This document shows, one piece after another, positions 49,556 through 59,588 of a DNA stretch of 64,000 bases. A program made the translations under genes and the position numbers. Source of the stretch: Planktothrix pseudagardhii (lineage in GTDB: Bacteria; Cyanobacteriota; Cyanobacteriia; Cyanobacteriales; Microcoleaceae); NCBI RefSeq assembly GCF_904830925.1, contig NZ_LR882967.1, forward strand, positions 3,490,106 to 3,554,105, given 5' to 3'. The stretch's first letter is position 1. The number at the start of each line of letters is the position of its first letter. The notes beneath the pieces were generated by a model, which saw nothing but the letters and a program-made list of their open reading frames with translations, did not search any database and was not told the DNA's origin.

Positions 49556-50098
49556 TTAAGACCACCAGGGATTTTCACCCGTGCGGAAGTCGGTTTCTGT
49601 CCAAGGAGTAAAGTTCAATTTGTCGTCATCCGTAACGGTGGCGTGAACCAATGCTAAGGATAACGGTGCTGGCCCACGAACAACTTTACCCGTCTCGTTA
49701 TATTGAGAGCCGTGACAGGGACACATAAATTTATTTTCGCTGGCGTTCCAAGGCACCACACAACCTAAGTGGGTACAAACCGCATTGATTCCATAGTCCG
49801 CTAAGGAGGAATCCTTTTCAACCACCATGTAGGTTGGATCGCCTTTCAAGCCTTGGGCTAAAACACGATCACCGGGTTTATGGGTGGATAAAAATTCACT
49901 AACGATAACATCGTTACCCAGAGCATCTTTAGCCGTAACGCCACCACCTGCGGCACCACTAGCGGGAGGTAGAAAATATTTGACCACCGGATACAGTGCA
50001 CCGACAGCAACGCCTGTGACTGAACCGAAGGTTAGTAAGTTCATGAATTGACGACGCCCCATGCTTGGAGCATCCGAGGTTCCTGAAATTTGAGTCAT
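49556..50098 (-). CDS. petC: Cytochrome b6f complex Rieske iron-sulfur subunit
   Basis: It has the Rieske boxes CTHLGCV and CPCHGSQY. It lies upstream of petA, as in the conserved petCA operon. Confidence 0.9.
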   Translation of the reverse strand: MTQISGTSDAPSMGRRQFMNLLTFGSVTGVAVGALYPVVKYFLPPASGAAGGGVTAKDALGNDVIVSEFLSTHKPGDRVLAQGLKGDPTYMVVEKDSSLADYGINAVCTHLGCVVPWNASENKFMCPCHGSQYNETGKVVRGPAPLSLALVHATVTDDDKLNFTPWTETDFRTGENPWWS

Positions 50099-50431
50099 CT
50101 CAACCTTACTGGAGAACGGAAACCGCGATTTTAACTCGCGGAGGAAGTATTATTTGCAGTTTTTCAACTGCGTCCCCTTTTTCAGGGGTAGATCGAAAGA
50201 GATACGGAGATCAATCACAAAAAGGATTGCATCTGATTGACTGGAAAACCTGACTCACTCCGCTTGACAACGGCAAGCCCGATCTTCGTTCACTAAGCAT
50301 TATCACATTATTTGTACCGCTCAACGAAACTTAAGTTAATGATTTCCCCTCCCTCTGCTTCTGCTTTTCTCACCCTGCTTCCCTGGCTCTGTTTTTGGTA
50401 ATCTAATGTCAAACACAACATCTTAAAGTTA

Positions 50432-51307
50432 ATGAGTGTTACATCTTTTCGCCCTTTGAGGGGGTTTCAGGTTCCTTCTGTGTCAACGGCTATGACTTTT
50501 TGTGGATTAGTCCTGACCGTTTTATTTTTATTAATCGCAGTATTATCCCCGTTATTTTCAACTTGGGGATGGATACAAAGTCCTACAGAATTTCTGTCTA
50601 ATCCTATCCATCAACCGCCTTCTCCGCAACATTGGTTTGGAACCAGTCGCTTAGGATATGATGTCTTTTCTCGGACGTTATTTGGAACTCAAGTGGCTTG
50701 GCAAGTGGTGTTATTAGCAACGCTTTTGAGTGTGGGAATTGGGGTTCCTTTGGGAATGGTGAGTGGATATTTAGGAGGAAAAATAGATCGGGTTTTATTA
50801 TTTTTAATGGATACGATTTATACGTTACCTGGATTATTACTTTCCATTACTTTAGCATTTGTTGTTGGCAAAGGGGTTTTGAATGCAGCGCTGGCTTTAA
50901 GTGTCGCTTATGTGCCTCAATATTATCGAGTGGTTCGTAATCATACGACTTCGGTTAAAACCGAGTTATTTATTGAAGCCGCCCAAGCATTAGGAGCAAA
51001 TACTTGGACAATTTTAACTCGTTATTTATTTTTAAATGTCATCCAAAGTGTTCCTGTCCTCTTTACATTAAATGCGGCGGATGCAATTTTAACGTTAGGA
51101 GGATTAGGCTTTTTAGGGTTAGGTTTACCGGATGAAGTTCCCGAATGGGGTCATGATTTAAGAATTGCGTTAGAAGCGTTACCCACTGGAATTTGGTGGA
51201 CAACCTTATTTCCAGGTTTGGCGTTAACAATTATGGTCGTTGGTTTATCTCTATTAGGAGAAGGATTAAATGATTTTCTTAATCCTCGTCTTCGCAATCA
51301 ACGTTAA
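50432..51307 (+). CDS. ABC transporter permease (DppC/NikC-like), no adjacent ATPase or binding protein
   Basis: It has six TM helices, an EAA-like loop (AAQALGANTWTILTRYLFLN) and a C-terminal LGEGLNDFLNPRLR. Confidence 0.85.
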   Translation: MSVTSFRPLRGFQVPSVSTAMTFCGLVLTVLFLLIAVLSPLFSTWGWIQSPTEFLSNPIHQPPSPQHWFGTSRLGYDVFSRTLFGTQVAWQVVLLATLLSVGIGVPLGMVSGYLGGKIDRVLLFLMDTIYTLPGLLLSITLAFVVGKGVLNAALALSVAYVPQYYRVVRNHTTSVKTELFIEAAQALGANTWTILTRYLFLNVIQSVPVLFTLNAADAILTLGGLGFLGLGLPDEVPEWGHDLRIALEALPTGIWWTTLFPGLALTIMVVGLSLLGEGLNDFLNPRLRNQR

Positions 51308-51397
51308 CCAAATCAGAACATTTCCCTTCTTCATCATTCCCTAAAAAAATAGCTGTCTTCGATTAAGTGGGACAGCTTTGAAAATTAATATTAAATC

Positions 51398-51602
51398 CTT
51401 AAATGTTTGCTACGCATCTAGTCGCTGTAGAGACGTGCCATGGCGCGTCTCTACAAAGGTTTATAGCACTACGCATTACGGTTAGGACATTTATGAATTC
51501 TCAAACCCTTTCACTTCTTACTGTTCCCTGTTCCCTGTTTCCTGTTCCCTTGCGCGTAGCGCTATAGGATAATAATCTGTAGCATCGATTTCAGGATTTA
51601 AT
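51398..51602. repeat. Composite MITE-like repeat (second copy of the 28438 element) carrying a nested ~100-bp insert with its own heptamer array
   Basis: It shares CTTAAATGTTTGCTACGCAT plus the palindrome (51427-51454) plus ATCTGTAGCATCGATTTCAGGATTT with the 28438 copy. The extra ACGCATTACGGTTAGGACA...CTGTTCCCTGTTCCC segment is absent from the other copy. Confidence 0.6.
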
Positions 51603-51750
51603 ATAAGAATTTCTACTTTTTAAATTTTGATTAAAACACTGTTTTTTACCCTAAAATTATCTCCCGCTAACCCTAGTGGGTATAGCGGGAGTCAAGAACG
51701 CTGTAATTTAGATAGGGTTTTTATTCTAAGCTCACATAAGATGGCTTGAA

Positions 51751-51948
51751 TCACGATTCTACGGTTTCCTCCGAAACTTCTGTATCTAAGTTATCAGGAT
51801 CAACGTAATAACAAACGGTATCATCAACGCAGATCAAGGCCCAGCCCGATTCATCAATAGTTTTCAATTTATAGGCTCCTTGTTTAACAAAAAAGCCTTT
51901 GTGATTACGGGTTTCGGGTTTGACAAAAACTTGGCTATCCATAGTCAT
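51751..51948 (-). CDS. Hypothetical small protein (65 aa)
   Basis: It is an isolated ORF in a repeat-rich intergenic stretch with no recognisable motifs. Confidence 0.3.
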   Translation of the reverse strand: MTMDSQVFVKPETRNHKGFFVKQGAYKLKTIDESGWALICVDDTVCYYVDPDNLDTEVSEETVES

Positions 51949-52241
51949 CTCATCTCCTTAATTTAACTATCAAGTTTTTTGTGAACGGTTGATTATGATT
52001 GTTAATGACTGAAGTTACCAAATACTATCACTGTTTTTTGCTTTTGTTTATGAATTTATGTAATTTTTTGTTACATTTTCTCAATACTTCCTAAGAGTTC
52101 CTGGATTTTTAGCCCTTTTCAGTCATTAACAGCCATTTTCCCCCAATTCACCGCAACCGAAATTTCTCAAATATTGCCTGAGTTTCTGTGCATAATTACC
52201 TAGATTATTTCATCAGATGCACAAAAATAGGTAAAAGTTCC

Positions 52242-52661
52242 TTAACCTCCAAACAACCATTGTTTAACTTTTATTAAGGATTTCCAATTTGGTTTGCGAG
52301 TTAATCCATCTTCAAAATTTTTAGTGATTTCCTGCTGCCAATCCGTATCGACTAATACCAGTTGACTCGCAAGTTCAACGTGGGAACGCACCCCCGTTTT
52401 CCCTAACTCCAACATCGCCGTCGCTAAATTCACTCTGGCTTGAGGATCATGGGGATTGAGTTTAACGGCTGATTTTGCCGCGTTATAAGCTAATTTGGGT
52501 TTATCTGCTAACAAATATAACCACGCTAAACTTGTCCAAGCATTACTATTTTTAGGAGCCTGATTACAAATTTCTTTAAACACCGGAATCAATGTTTCTG
52601 GGTCTTCACCCGCTTGATACCGTTCAAAACCTTCCTTAAATAATTCTTCTGGAGTTGTCAT
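52242..52661 (-). CDS. TPR-repeat protein
   Basis: Two or three TPR-like helices are present (AWTSLAWLYLLADKPKLAYNAAKSAVKLNPHDPQARVNLA). Confidence 0.6.
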   Translation of the reverse strand: MTTPEELFKEGFERYQAGEDPETLIPVFKEICNQAPKNSNAWTSLAWLYLLADKPKLAYNAAKSAVKLNPHDPQARVNLATAMLELGKTGVRSHVELASQLVLVDTDWQQEITKNFEDGLTRKPNWKSLIKVKQWLFGG

Positions 52662-53267
52662 CGAAAATTTTGGGTAGAAACCCCGTCCTAGAAGGACGGC
52701 TTTACGTTAATTTGAACTAGGATTAGAATAATTAAAGCCACGATGACCTTAATTGACGGGTGAGATTCCCAGTGGTGGGACGCTCTAGTTAAAGGGCGTT
52801 TAACCGAAATGGTTGAACCGGTGTTGACACTCTAGTTCTAGCCCCCACAAGCAGAAACGATTAAGCGAGTGAGTGAAAAACGACTTAAAAGTAGGCTCAG
52901 ACCCTGCGGGGCGAGAGAGTAGAGGCAATTGGCATCGCCTGTCGCACGACACTAGAACACGCCTAAGAAGGGTTTTGGGAGTTGTGGTTCGAGCAATGAC
53001 CATCGGGTTATCTCCTTCTAAAGAATCCTCGCACTTATAGGGCGAGGTGTGTCAAGAGTCGTTGTACATTCAAAATATAGCGATAGGTTAAACCGGTTGA
53101 TTTCTGCCGGATTCATGACCTATCGCTAATTGCCAATCTTTAATTATAATCTAAAACGCGAAAGCAATCTATAAAAATTTTGATGACTCAGACAGAAACT
53201 GGGTTTCTGAATCAGAAAGGTTGATGCTCATCAAACAACAACTGCTAGAAACCCGGTTTCTTAACTC

Positions 53268-53624
53268 TTAGGTCGCAAAGGATTTACCACAACCACAGGT
53301 TTGAGTGGCTTGAGGATTTGTAAACTGGAACCCACCCCCAATCAAAGCATCTGTATAATCGAGGACTAGGCCGTAAATGTAGAGTAAGCTTTTGCGATCG
53401 CAAACGACCTGAAACCCTTCATAATCAAAGACTTCATCATCCTCGCGAATGGTGCTAGGGTCAGCAAAATCCATTGCATAGGACATTCCAGAACAACCGC
53501 CTTGGCGGACTCCCACGCGCAGACAAAGATCTTTTCCTTGCTTTTCGCGCAGAAATTGAACTTGCTTAATCGCTGATTCCGTCATCTGAACCCCTTGCGT
53601 TGGGGTTTGAGTCGCTTGTGTCAT
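53268..53624 (-). CDS. Iron-sulfur cluster assembly accessory protein (HesB/IscA/SufA family)
   Basis: The three conserved cysteines are present (C at GGCSGMSY, and the C-terminal CGCGKSF). The probable true start is MTESAIKQV. Confidence 0.85.
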   Translation of the reverse strand: MTQATQTPTQGVQMTESAIKQVQFLREKQGKDLCLRVGVRQGGCSGMSYAMDFADPSTIREDDEVFDYEGFQVVCDRKSLLYIYGLVLDYTDALIGGGFQFTNPQATQTCGCGKSFAT

Positions 53625-54043
53625 GGGTTGGCCTGACTCCTTTTGTAAAGTTTTAACTGATCAAAAAATAATGGTGTTTTGATCCGGCTTCTGTATTCCT
53701 GATATTTTATCGCAGACCACCGTTGCCGGGTAATGGATCTCTAATTAGGGATAAATCGGTTTGGAGACTTTCCCTCATTAGTTGTGCTGAATTCTCGAAT
53801 CGTTATTATAGTAAATATCACTTATAAAAATCTTCTATATGTCTGAAGCCCTGCTAGATAGCCGATTAAAAAGAAAAATTAATAAGCTTTTAGACAACTT
53901 TACTGTAAAAAACGTTAATGCCATTATTGAGTTTATTCAAAAAAATGATAGTATTATCCCATTGCTTTAACAAAGTATTTCAAAAATAGGAAACCTCTCC
54001 GATTCCGAACCCGCCGCCCATACAATAAGACGGTAGGGATATT

Positions 54044-54243
54044 AACTCTACCATCTACCCTAAATTTTTAAGACAGGCGCAAATTTCGATGATTCAAGGT
54101 CAAGCCAACATTGAACTTGAGGCGTTACAAGGATATTATATACAAGTGGATGAAAAGTCTCCGATTCAGTTACCTGACATGAACCGAGATTTTTCCCATC
54201 CCTACTATTGGTCAGGGTTTACAATCGTTGGGAGTCCTTGGTA
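54044..54243 (+). pseudogene. C-terminal remnant (~65 aa) of a CHAT-domain protein
   Basis: FLRQAQISMIQG...HPYYWSGFTIVGSPW matches the characteristic CHAT-protein C-terminus (ALRQAQL...HPYYWAAFxLIG). The frame is closed by a stop about 15 codons upstream and no N-terminal CHAT domain is present. Confidence 0.55.
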
Positions 54244-54378
54244 AGGGTGTGGTGTAAGATTTTGGCTCTCCTGGCCTAAAGTGACGGAGTTTTCAGGAAT
54301 TTTTCTTATAAGATGGAGAAAGCATTGCATTACAATATGGCAGGTTCAGCCATTGGTTGTGCGGCATCATCATAACTG

Positions 54379-56052
54379 GTGAAACTACCCAACAAGAAGA
54401 TTAATTTGATGGCACGTCTCAATCACTCAACCCTTCGTCGGCTTCAAAATTTACCCCAAATTCCCAGTGTGTGGGAAGGGGATCGACGTCCCATGGCGAC
54501 GGATACGAATCCTAGTATTGATGCAGACTCCGAAGCACCGGGCGAATGTATTATTTGGGTGGACGGTTCTCAGGGGATGGTGCGAGCAATGGATATGGTT
54601 CCAACGGATATGGGGCCAGAAGCAATTGTGCGGACGTTATTACGAGCAATGGAACATCCCCAAAGTCCCGCACCTGTCGCTCGTCCTCAAAAAATAGTCG
54701 TTAAAGATCGCGAAATTCAATTTTTCCTGCGGGGTGTTCTGCAAGATTTAGAAATTGTGATTGAATATGTCCCGGATTTACCTCTAATTGATGAAATTTT
54801 TCGGGGGTTGCAAGAAGTGGCGGAAAGTCGCCCCCCTCAACTCCCTCTGCAATATGCGGAAATTGTTACAGAAAAAGCTTATCAGATTTGGAAAGATGCG
54901 CCTTGGGAACGCTTAGGAGAACATCAAATTATTTCCATTGAATTGAATCTCTTTGGAATTGATACCTTATATATCTCTACCTTGGGTAAACTGGGGATGG
55001 ATTATGGGGTATTAATGTATCGTTCTTTGGACTCGTTAAAACGGTTTCGAGAGCGAGTTGTGAAAAATAAATCCTATGATAATTTAGAAGAAGCTTTTTT
55101 AACTCAAGATTGTTTATTTGTCACCTTTGATCGAGAAGATGATTTGGATGAAGACGAAGATGAAGATGATTTTATTAACCTCGCCAGCTTACCTTTATCG
55201 GAAATTCAACCGAATTTTGGTAATCTTCATCCCTTAGAAGGATTACGTTCAATTTTGTATGATGAAGAAGCGGCTGTTGTTTTAGTGGCATTAGAAGCAC
55301 TACATCGATTTTTACGCGATAATACTCAAAAATTAGTTCGATATCAATTCCCCAGTCTTAACCGTCGGTATCGGATTCCGATTAATTTACCCGATGGGGA
55401 GAAAAAACAGGTATCGGTGAAGGTGGAAACCTTACCTGATATTGCCGATGAATTAGCTGCAATGACCTCTGATGACGAATCAGAAGAAGAAGAACTAGAG
55501 GTAGAAGTTCCTCGGTTACGCGATGATTTAGTTCCTCCTAAATCGTTCTTAAGTTTAGGTGTTGTTCCTTGGGAAACTGCCAAATATTTACGAAGTAATA
55601 CCCAATTTCATCAAGCCGCCGAGGGGGAAATTCCTGAAATTGGAGATGGTTTACCAGTGGTTGTTATTCAAACCTCTAAACCCAAAGCAGAACTGTTGAT
55701 TCGCAGTTTACAAGAAGCGGGAGGACTCGAAGGTATTTGTTTTAATCCGGGTGAAGACCCCATGGCGGGACGCAATTATGATTTAGGAATTTTGAAAACC
55801 GAAGATGGAGATTTACATTTATTTGGAGAGTTTATCGAAGATGATCCCGTTCATCAAGAAGCGCGCAAAAAATGGGAACAACGGTGTAAAAAAACCAAAG
55901 GTTGGTGTGGTTTAATTATTGCGATGGGATTAACCGGAGCTTCACGGGGTCAACCTCAATTTAAGGATATGATGGCATTGTTAGAAGTTCGTTCTATTCC
56001 TTCTCAAGAGTTAGGTTTAGGGCCATTACAATTAATTCCAGCCCCGTTTTAA
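54379..56052 (+). CDS. Hypothetical protein with acidic low-complexity segments
   Basis: It is a 557-aa ORF with no internal stops. It has acidic runs (DEDEDEDD, DDESEEEELE) and no family motif was recognised. The start may be at MARLNHS (54409). Confidence 0.5.
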   Translation: MKLPNKKINLMARLNHSTLRRLQNLPQIPSVWEGDRRPMATDTNPSIDADSEAPGECIIWVDGSQGMVRAMDMVPTDMGPEAIVRTLLRAMEHPQSPAPVARPQKIVVKDREIQFFLRGVLQDLEIVIEYVPDLPLIDEIFRGLQEVAESRPPQLPLQYAEIVTEKAYQIWKDAPWERLGEHQIISIELNLFGIDTLYISTLGKLGMDYGVLMYRSLDSLKRFRERVVKNKSYDNLEEAFLTQDCLFVTFDREDDLDEDEDEDDFINLASLPLSEIQPNFGNLHPLEGLRSILYDEEAAVVLVALEALHRFLRDNTQKLVRYQFPSLNRRYRIPINLPDGEKKQVSVKVETLPDIADELAAMTSDDESEEEELEVEVPRLRDDLVPPKSFLSLGVVPWETAKYLRSNTQFHQAAEGEIPEIGDGLPVVVIQTSKPKAELLIRSLQEAGGLEGICFNPGEDPMAGRNYDLGILKTEDGDLHLFGEFIEDDPVHQEARKKWEQRCKKTKGWCGLIIAMGLTGASRGQPQFKDMMALLEVRSIPSQELGLGPLQLIPAPF

Positions 56053-56138
56053 AAATATCTCCCAAACCCCCCTAAAAAAGGGGGGAATTGATGGATTAAG
56101 AGTTAGGAAAATCAATATTTTCCTATTAATTCCTGTTT

Positions 56139-57101
56139 CTAAAAATCCCACATCACCGGATTATCATCTAAATGATCTGTAACAGTCCGCCCAATTTTGT
56201 CGATTTTTGCTAAATCTTCGGGGGTGATTTTAATAGTACCAGCATGAGTATTTTGTTCAGCTTGTTCTGCATTTCTGAACCCGACAATTGCATGAGTTTG
56301 GGGTTGGGAAATTAACCAAGCGATCGCTAATTGCCCTAATGTACATTGATAACGTTCTGCAATGGGTCGTAATTGTTCTAAGGCATTTTGTACCCGTTGA
56401 TAATGGTCTTTATTCGCAAATAATTTATTTTTAGATCGATGATCTCCTTCCGCAAATTGATGATTGGGGCTGAATTTTCCCGTTAATAATCCTTGAGCTA
56501 AGGGAGAATAAGCTAAAATAGAAATCTTTTGTTCAATGCAATAAGACATGGCATCTTGTTCGACCTTTCGCCAGAATAAAGAATAAGGAGGCTGTAAACT
56601 TTCAATTCTTCCATATTGGCTGGCTTCTTCCAATTGTGTTCGGGAAAAATTAGAAACCCCAATCCCTCGAATTTTTCCTTGTTCTTTTAAGTGATTTAAG
56701 GCTTTCATTGTTTCTTCAATCGGGACTATTTCTGAATTGAAAGAGCCTGATGGCCAGTGTATTTGATATAAATCAATATAATCGGTATTCAGATTTTTTA
56801 AAGATTGTTCACAAGCTGCAATCACTTGATCATATTTCAAATGATTAGCAAATACTTTACTCGCATAAACGACTTGATCTCGGACATCAGATAAAGCTTG
56901 GGCTACAATTTGTTCCGAGTGCCCTTCTCCATAGACTTCTGCTGTATCAATGGTTGTAATTCCCGCCTCAAAACCAGCACGAATTGCTTTAATGGTTTCT
57001 GCATCTTCAATTCCTACCCACATTCGTTTTCCGGCTTGCCAAGTTCCGATTAAAAGGGGAGTAATTAGAATATCAGATTGACCTAGAGTTCGTTTTTCCA
57101 T
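56139..57101 (-). CDS. Aldo/keto reductase family oxidoreductase
   Basis: It has the AKR catalytic tetrad context (DTAEVYG, ...K..., IHWP) and the (a/b)8 barrel. It is 320 aa. Confidence 0.85.
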   Translation of the reverse strand: MEKRTLGQSDILITPLLIGTWQAGKRMWVGIEDAETIKAIRAGFEAGITTIDTAEVYGEGHSEQIVAQALSDVRDQVVYASKVFANHLKYDQVIAACEQSLKNLNTDYIDLYQIHWPSGSFNSEIVPIEETMKALNHLKEQGKIRGIGVSNFSRTQLEEASQYGRIESLQPPYSLFWRKVEQDAMSYCIEQKISILAYSPLAQGLLTGKFSPNHQFAEGDHRSKNKLFANKDHYQRVQNALEQLRPIAERYQCTLGQLAIAWLISQPQTHAIVGFRNAEQAEQNTHAGTIKITPEDLAKIDKIGRTVTDHLDDNPVMWDF

Positions 57102-57168
57102 ATTGAGTTTCCTAGTTTCAGGTTATTATTATATATAATATAATAGAAAATCAGCATCTATAATTATA

Positions 57169-57753
57169 ATGATGAAAACTGTAACAAATCATGCTCTTAA
57201 AGAATGGAATATTACCATTCAAGCCTTAGAACAAGGTGAAACAATTATGTTATTGAGAAAAGGAGGAATTCGGGAACACAACGGGAAATTCAAGGTTGAT
57301 CAGAACAAAATTCTGCTCTATCCCACCTTTGAACATCAAAAACCCACTTTATTAAAACCTGAATATGCTCATCTTGTAAAATCTGTTTCTTCGGGTTGGC
57401 ATCCTGAAACCGTTAAAATTAGTAGTTTTGCAGAAATTACTCATATTTTATCATGGAATAATTCTCAAGATGAGTCTTTGATTCATTCATTAATCAAGTT
57501 TCATATTTGGAATGAAACCTTTGTGCGCGATCGCATCCAATTTAAACCTCAACAGCCTCTTTATATTCTATTATTGAGAACCTATAAACTTTCTCAAGTT
57601 CATGAAATTCCTTATCATCCTAGTTATGGCGGATGTCGTTCTTGGATTGATTTACAGCAACCGATTTCATTAGACAATAAAGTTCCTGTTTTAACTCAAA
57701 AAGACTACGACCAAAAAGTATCAATGATTGCTCAAATTCTTCAAGCTTCGTAG
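57169..57753 (+). CDS. DUF1802-family protein
   Basis: The N-terminus ALKEWNITIQALEQGETIMLLRKGGIRE matches the DUF1802 consensus. Confidence 0.55.
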   Translation: MMKTVTNHALKEWNITIQALEQGETIMLLRKGGIREHNGKFKVDQNKILLYPTFEHQKPTLLKPEYAHLVKSVSSGWHPETVKISSFAEITHILSWNNSQDESLIHSLIKFHIWNETFVRDRIQFKPQQPLYILLLRTYKLSQVHEIPYHPSYGGCRSWIDLQQPISLDNKVPVLTQKDYDQKVSMIAQILQAS

Positions 57754-58401
57754 TGAGGGCTTTAGCCCTAAATCCAGATTAATAAGGTTTTAAAGACATA
57801 ATTTCTGAAAAACATTAAAGATTCATATTCAATCGATAGAATTCCCCAATCAAACCCTCTGTATAAAAACATACCGCAAATAAAAAACTCTGATCAAAAA
57901 TCAGATTTGGGTTGAGGATAATCCTCATGGTTATTTCAGATTATTCATACTGTTGAAGAATAAGAATCAAAGGATCAATCTTTGTAATTTTAACAACTTT
58001 TAATCGTGAAATTGATGAGTTTATATAGCTATAAAACCGTTTATTTTCGAGGATATGATGCTAGAATTGACTCCTAGCAGGGTCAGTTTTTCAAGGCTAT
58101 CTTGATTGCAGAACTGCTACTCATTGGGTGTAAGGAGGTGAGACAATTCAGGAAATCAAACCTAAGACAGCCAAATAAGTGTAAGAAAACGATTTTTAAA
58201 CCAATCTCATCTAAAACTATCAGATCAGGAAATCAGACTGTAAATTTTTGGAAGCATTATCTCTTTTAGATTTGAGCTTCTACAAAATTTAGGTTTTGTA
58301 ATTTCCCCAAAATTTCATCGGTTTATTATCCTTTTTTTGAATTTCAGTTGTTTGGCTTTTATTCCTGACGGTAATGGATATCGCATCTACCCCCGTTTAA
58401 C

Positions 58402-59469
58402 ATGAAAAATTCTCGATCGCCTTCCAGAACCGATACCTGGGTTGGAAAAGTAATAGATCAATTTCCTACTTTTATTATCGGATTTTTTACTGGATCACTG
58501 ATCACGGTTTATGGAACTTTGACTCAGATTGATTTATTAAGCCATCTGAATGCTGATCCTAATATCCTGAATTTCTATCAACAATTATTGGGGTTATCTA
58601 ATGATATATCAGAACAAAATAAACAATATAGAGGATATATTGAAAAGCTTAATATTAGTGTAAATCCCAATACATTAATCATTCATGTTTTGCCCAAATC
58701 TATTTGTGAATCTGCTATTTCTGAAGGAGATCGTGTACAAGTTTTACCTCCTGTTGAGGTGATTGGTCAACAAAATTCTGCTCAAGATACAGAATTTAAT
58801 TTATTTAAACAGCGAATCAATCAAATTATTAGTGATGGGTTTGGGTCTATTGAAGTTGTCACTCCTGAAAATCAATTAGCACAAATTGAAATTAATCTAC
58901 TCAATGAAGAACAAAATTGTGTGAGGAAACCTAAATATATTCAAGAGTTAGAAAAACTCCTAGAGCAGAAAAAGTGGAAAGCCGCCGATCAAAAAACAAA
59001 TCAGGTTTTACTGAAAATTACGAATCGAGAAAGTGTTGGTTATTTGGATGAAGATGCTATTCAAAAAATGTCTTGTTCCTATTTAAGAACGATTGATCAG
59101 TTATGGAAAAAATACTCAGGAGGGTTATTTGGATTTAGTGTTCAAAAGCGAATTTTCGTGGAAACCGAAAATCAATTAAAGGAGGATGCTTTAAACCGAT
59201 ATGATCCCAATGCTTATATTCATTTTACGGATTTAGTTCGATGGATTGAATCGGGAAAAAATGGCAAGGAGAAATGGAAAAATTATAATGAATTAACTTT
59301 TTCTTTAGAAGCACCAGAAGGCCATCTTCCTCGTCTAAATCAACTTGAGAAAGGAATGAAAATGGAATCCAATTATCAGCTTTTTTCTCCCAATGCGCTT
59401 CCCTTGTCTTCTCAAGAAATTAAAGCCAGAACTTTATTTTTTGCACGAGTTGATACTTGTAAACTTTAG
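58402..59469 (+). CDS. GUN4-domain protein with N-terminal membrane segment
   Basis: The C-terminal region SCSYLRTIDQLWKKYSGGLFGFSVQKRIF matches the GUN4 core (RTIDQLW..YS.G.FGFSVQ). Confidence 0.7.
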   Translation: MKNSRSPSRTDTWVGKVIDQFPTFIIGFFTGSLITVYGTLTQIDLLSHLNADPNILNFYQQLLGLSNDISEQNKQYRGYIEKLNISVNPNTLIIHVLPKSICESAISEGDRVQVLPPVEVIGQQNSAQDTEFNLFKQRINQIISDGFGSIEVVTPENQLAQIEINLLNEEQNCVRKPKYIQELEKLLEQKKWKAADQKTNQVLLKITNRESVGYLDEDAIQKMSCSYLRTIDQLWKKYSGGLFGFSVQKRIFVETENQLKEDALNRYDPNAYIHFTDLVRWIESGKNGKEKWKNYNELTFSLEAPEGHLPRLNQLEKGMKMESNYQLFSPNALPLSSQEIKARTLFFARVDTCKL

Positions 59470-59588
59470 ATTCATCTCAGAATGTGAGGAGGTAGGGGAA
59501 CTTAGGGGGGATGAATTCATCTTCTGAGTTAGTTACTATAGAAAGGCATCTATAAAATTAGTTCATTTGAGGTTAAAGTGATCGCAGT

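Noticed and set aside
52800-53003. 67-aa ORF MVIARTTTPKTLLRRVLVSCDRRCQLPLLSRPAG...
   Set aside because: It is Arg-rich with low complexity, lies within a hairpin-rich GC-shifted spacer and has no recognisable start context. It is more likely non-coding and is covered by the ncRNA-candidate finding.
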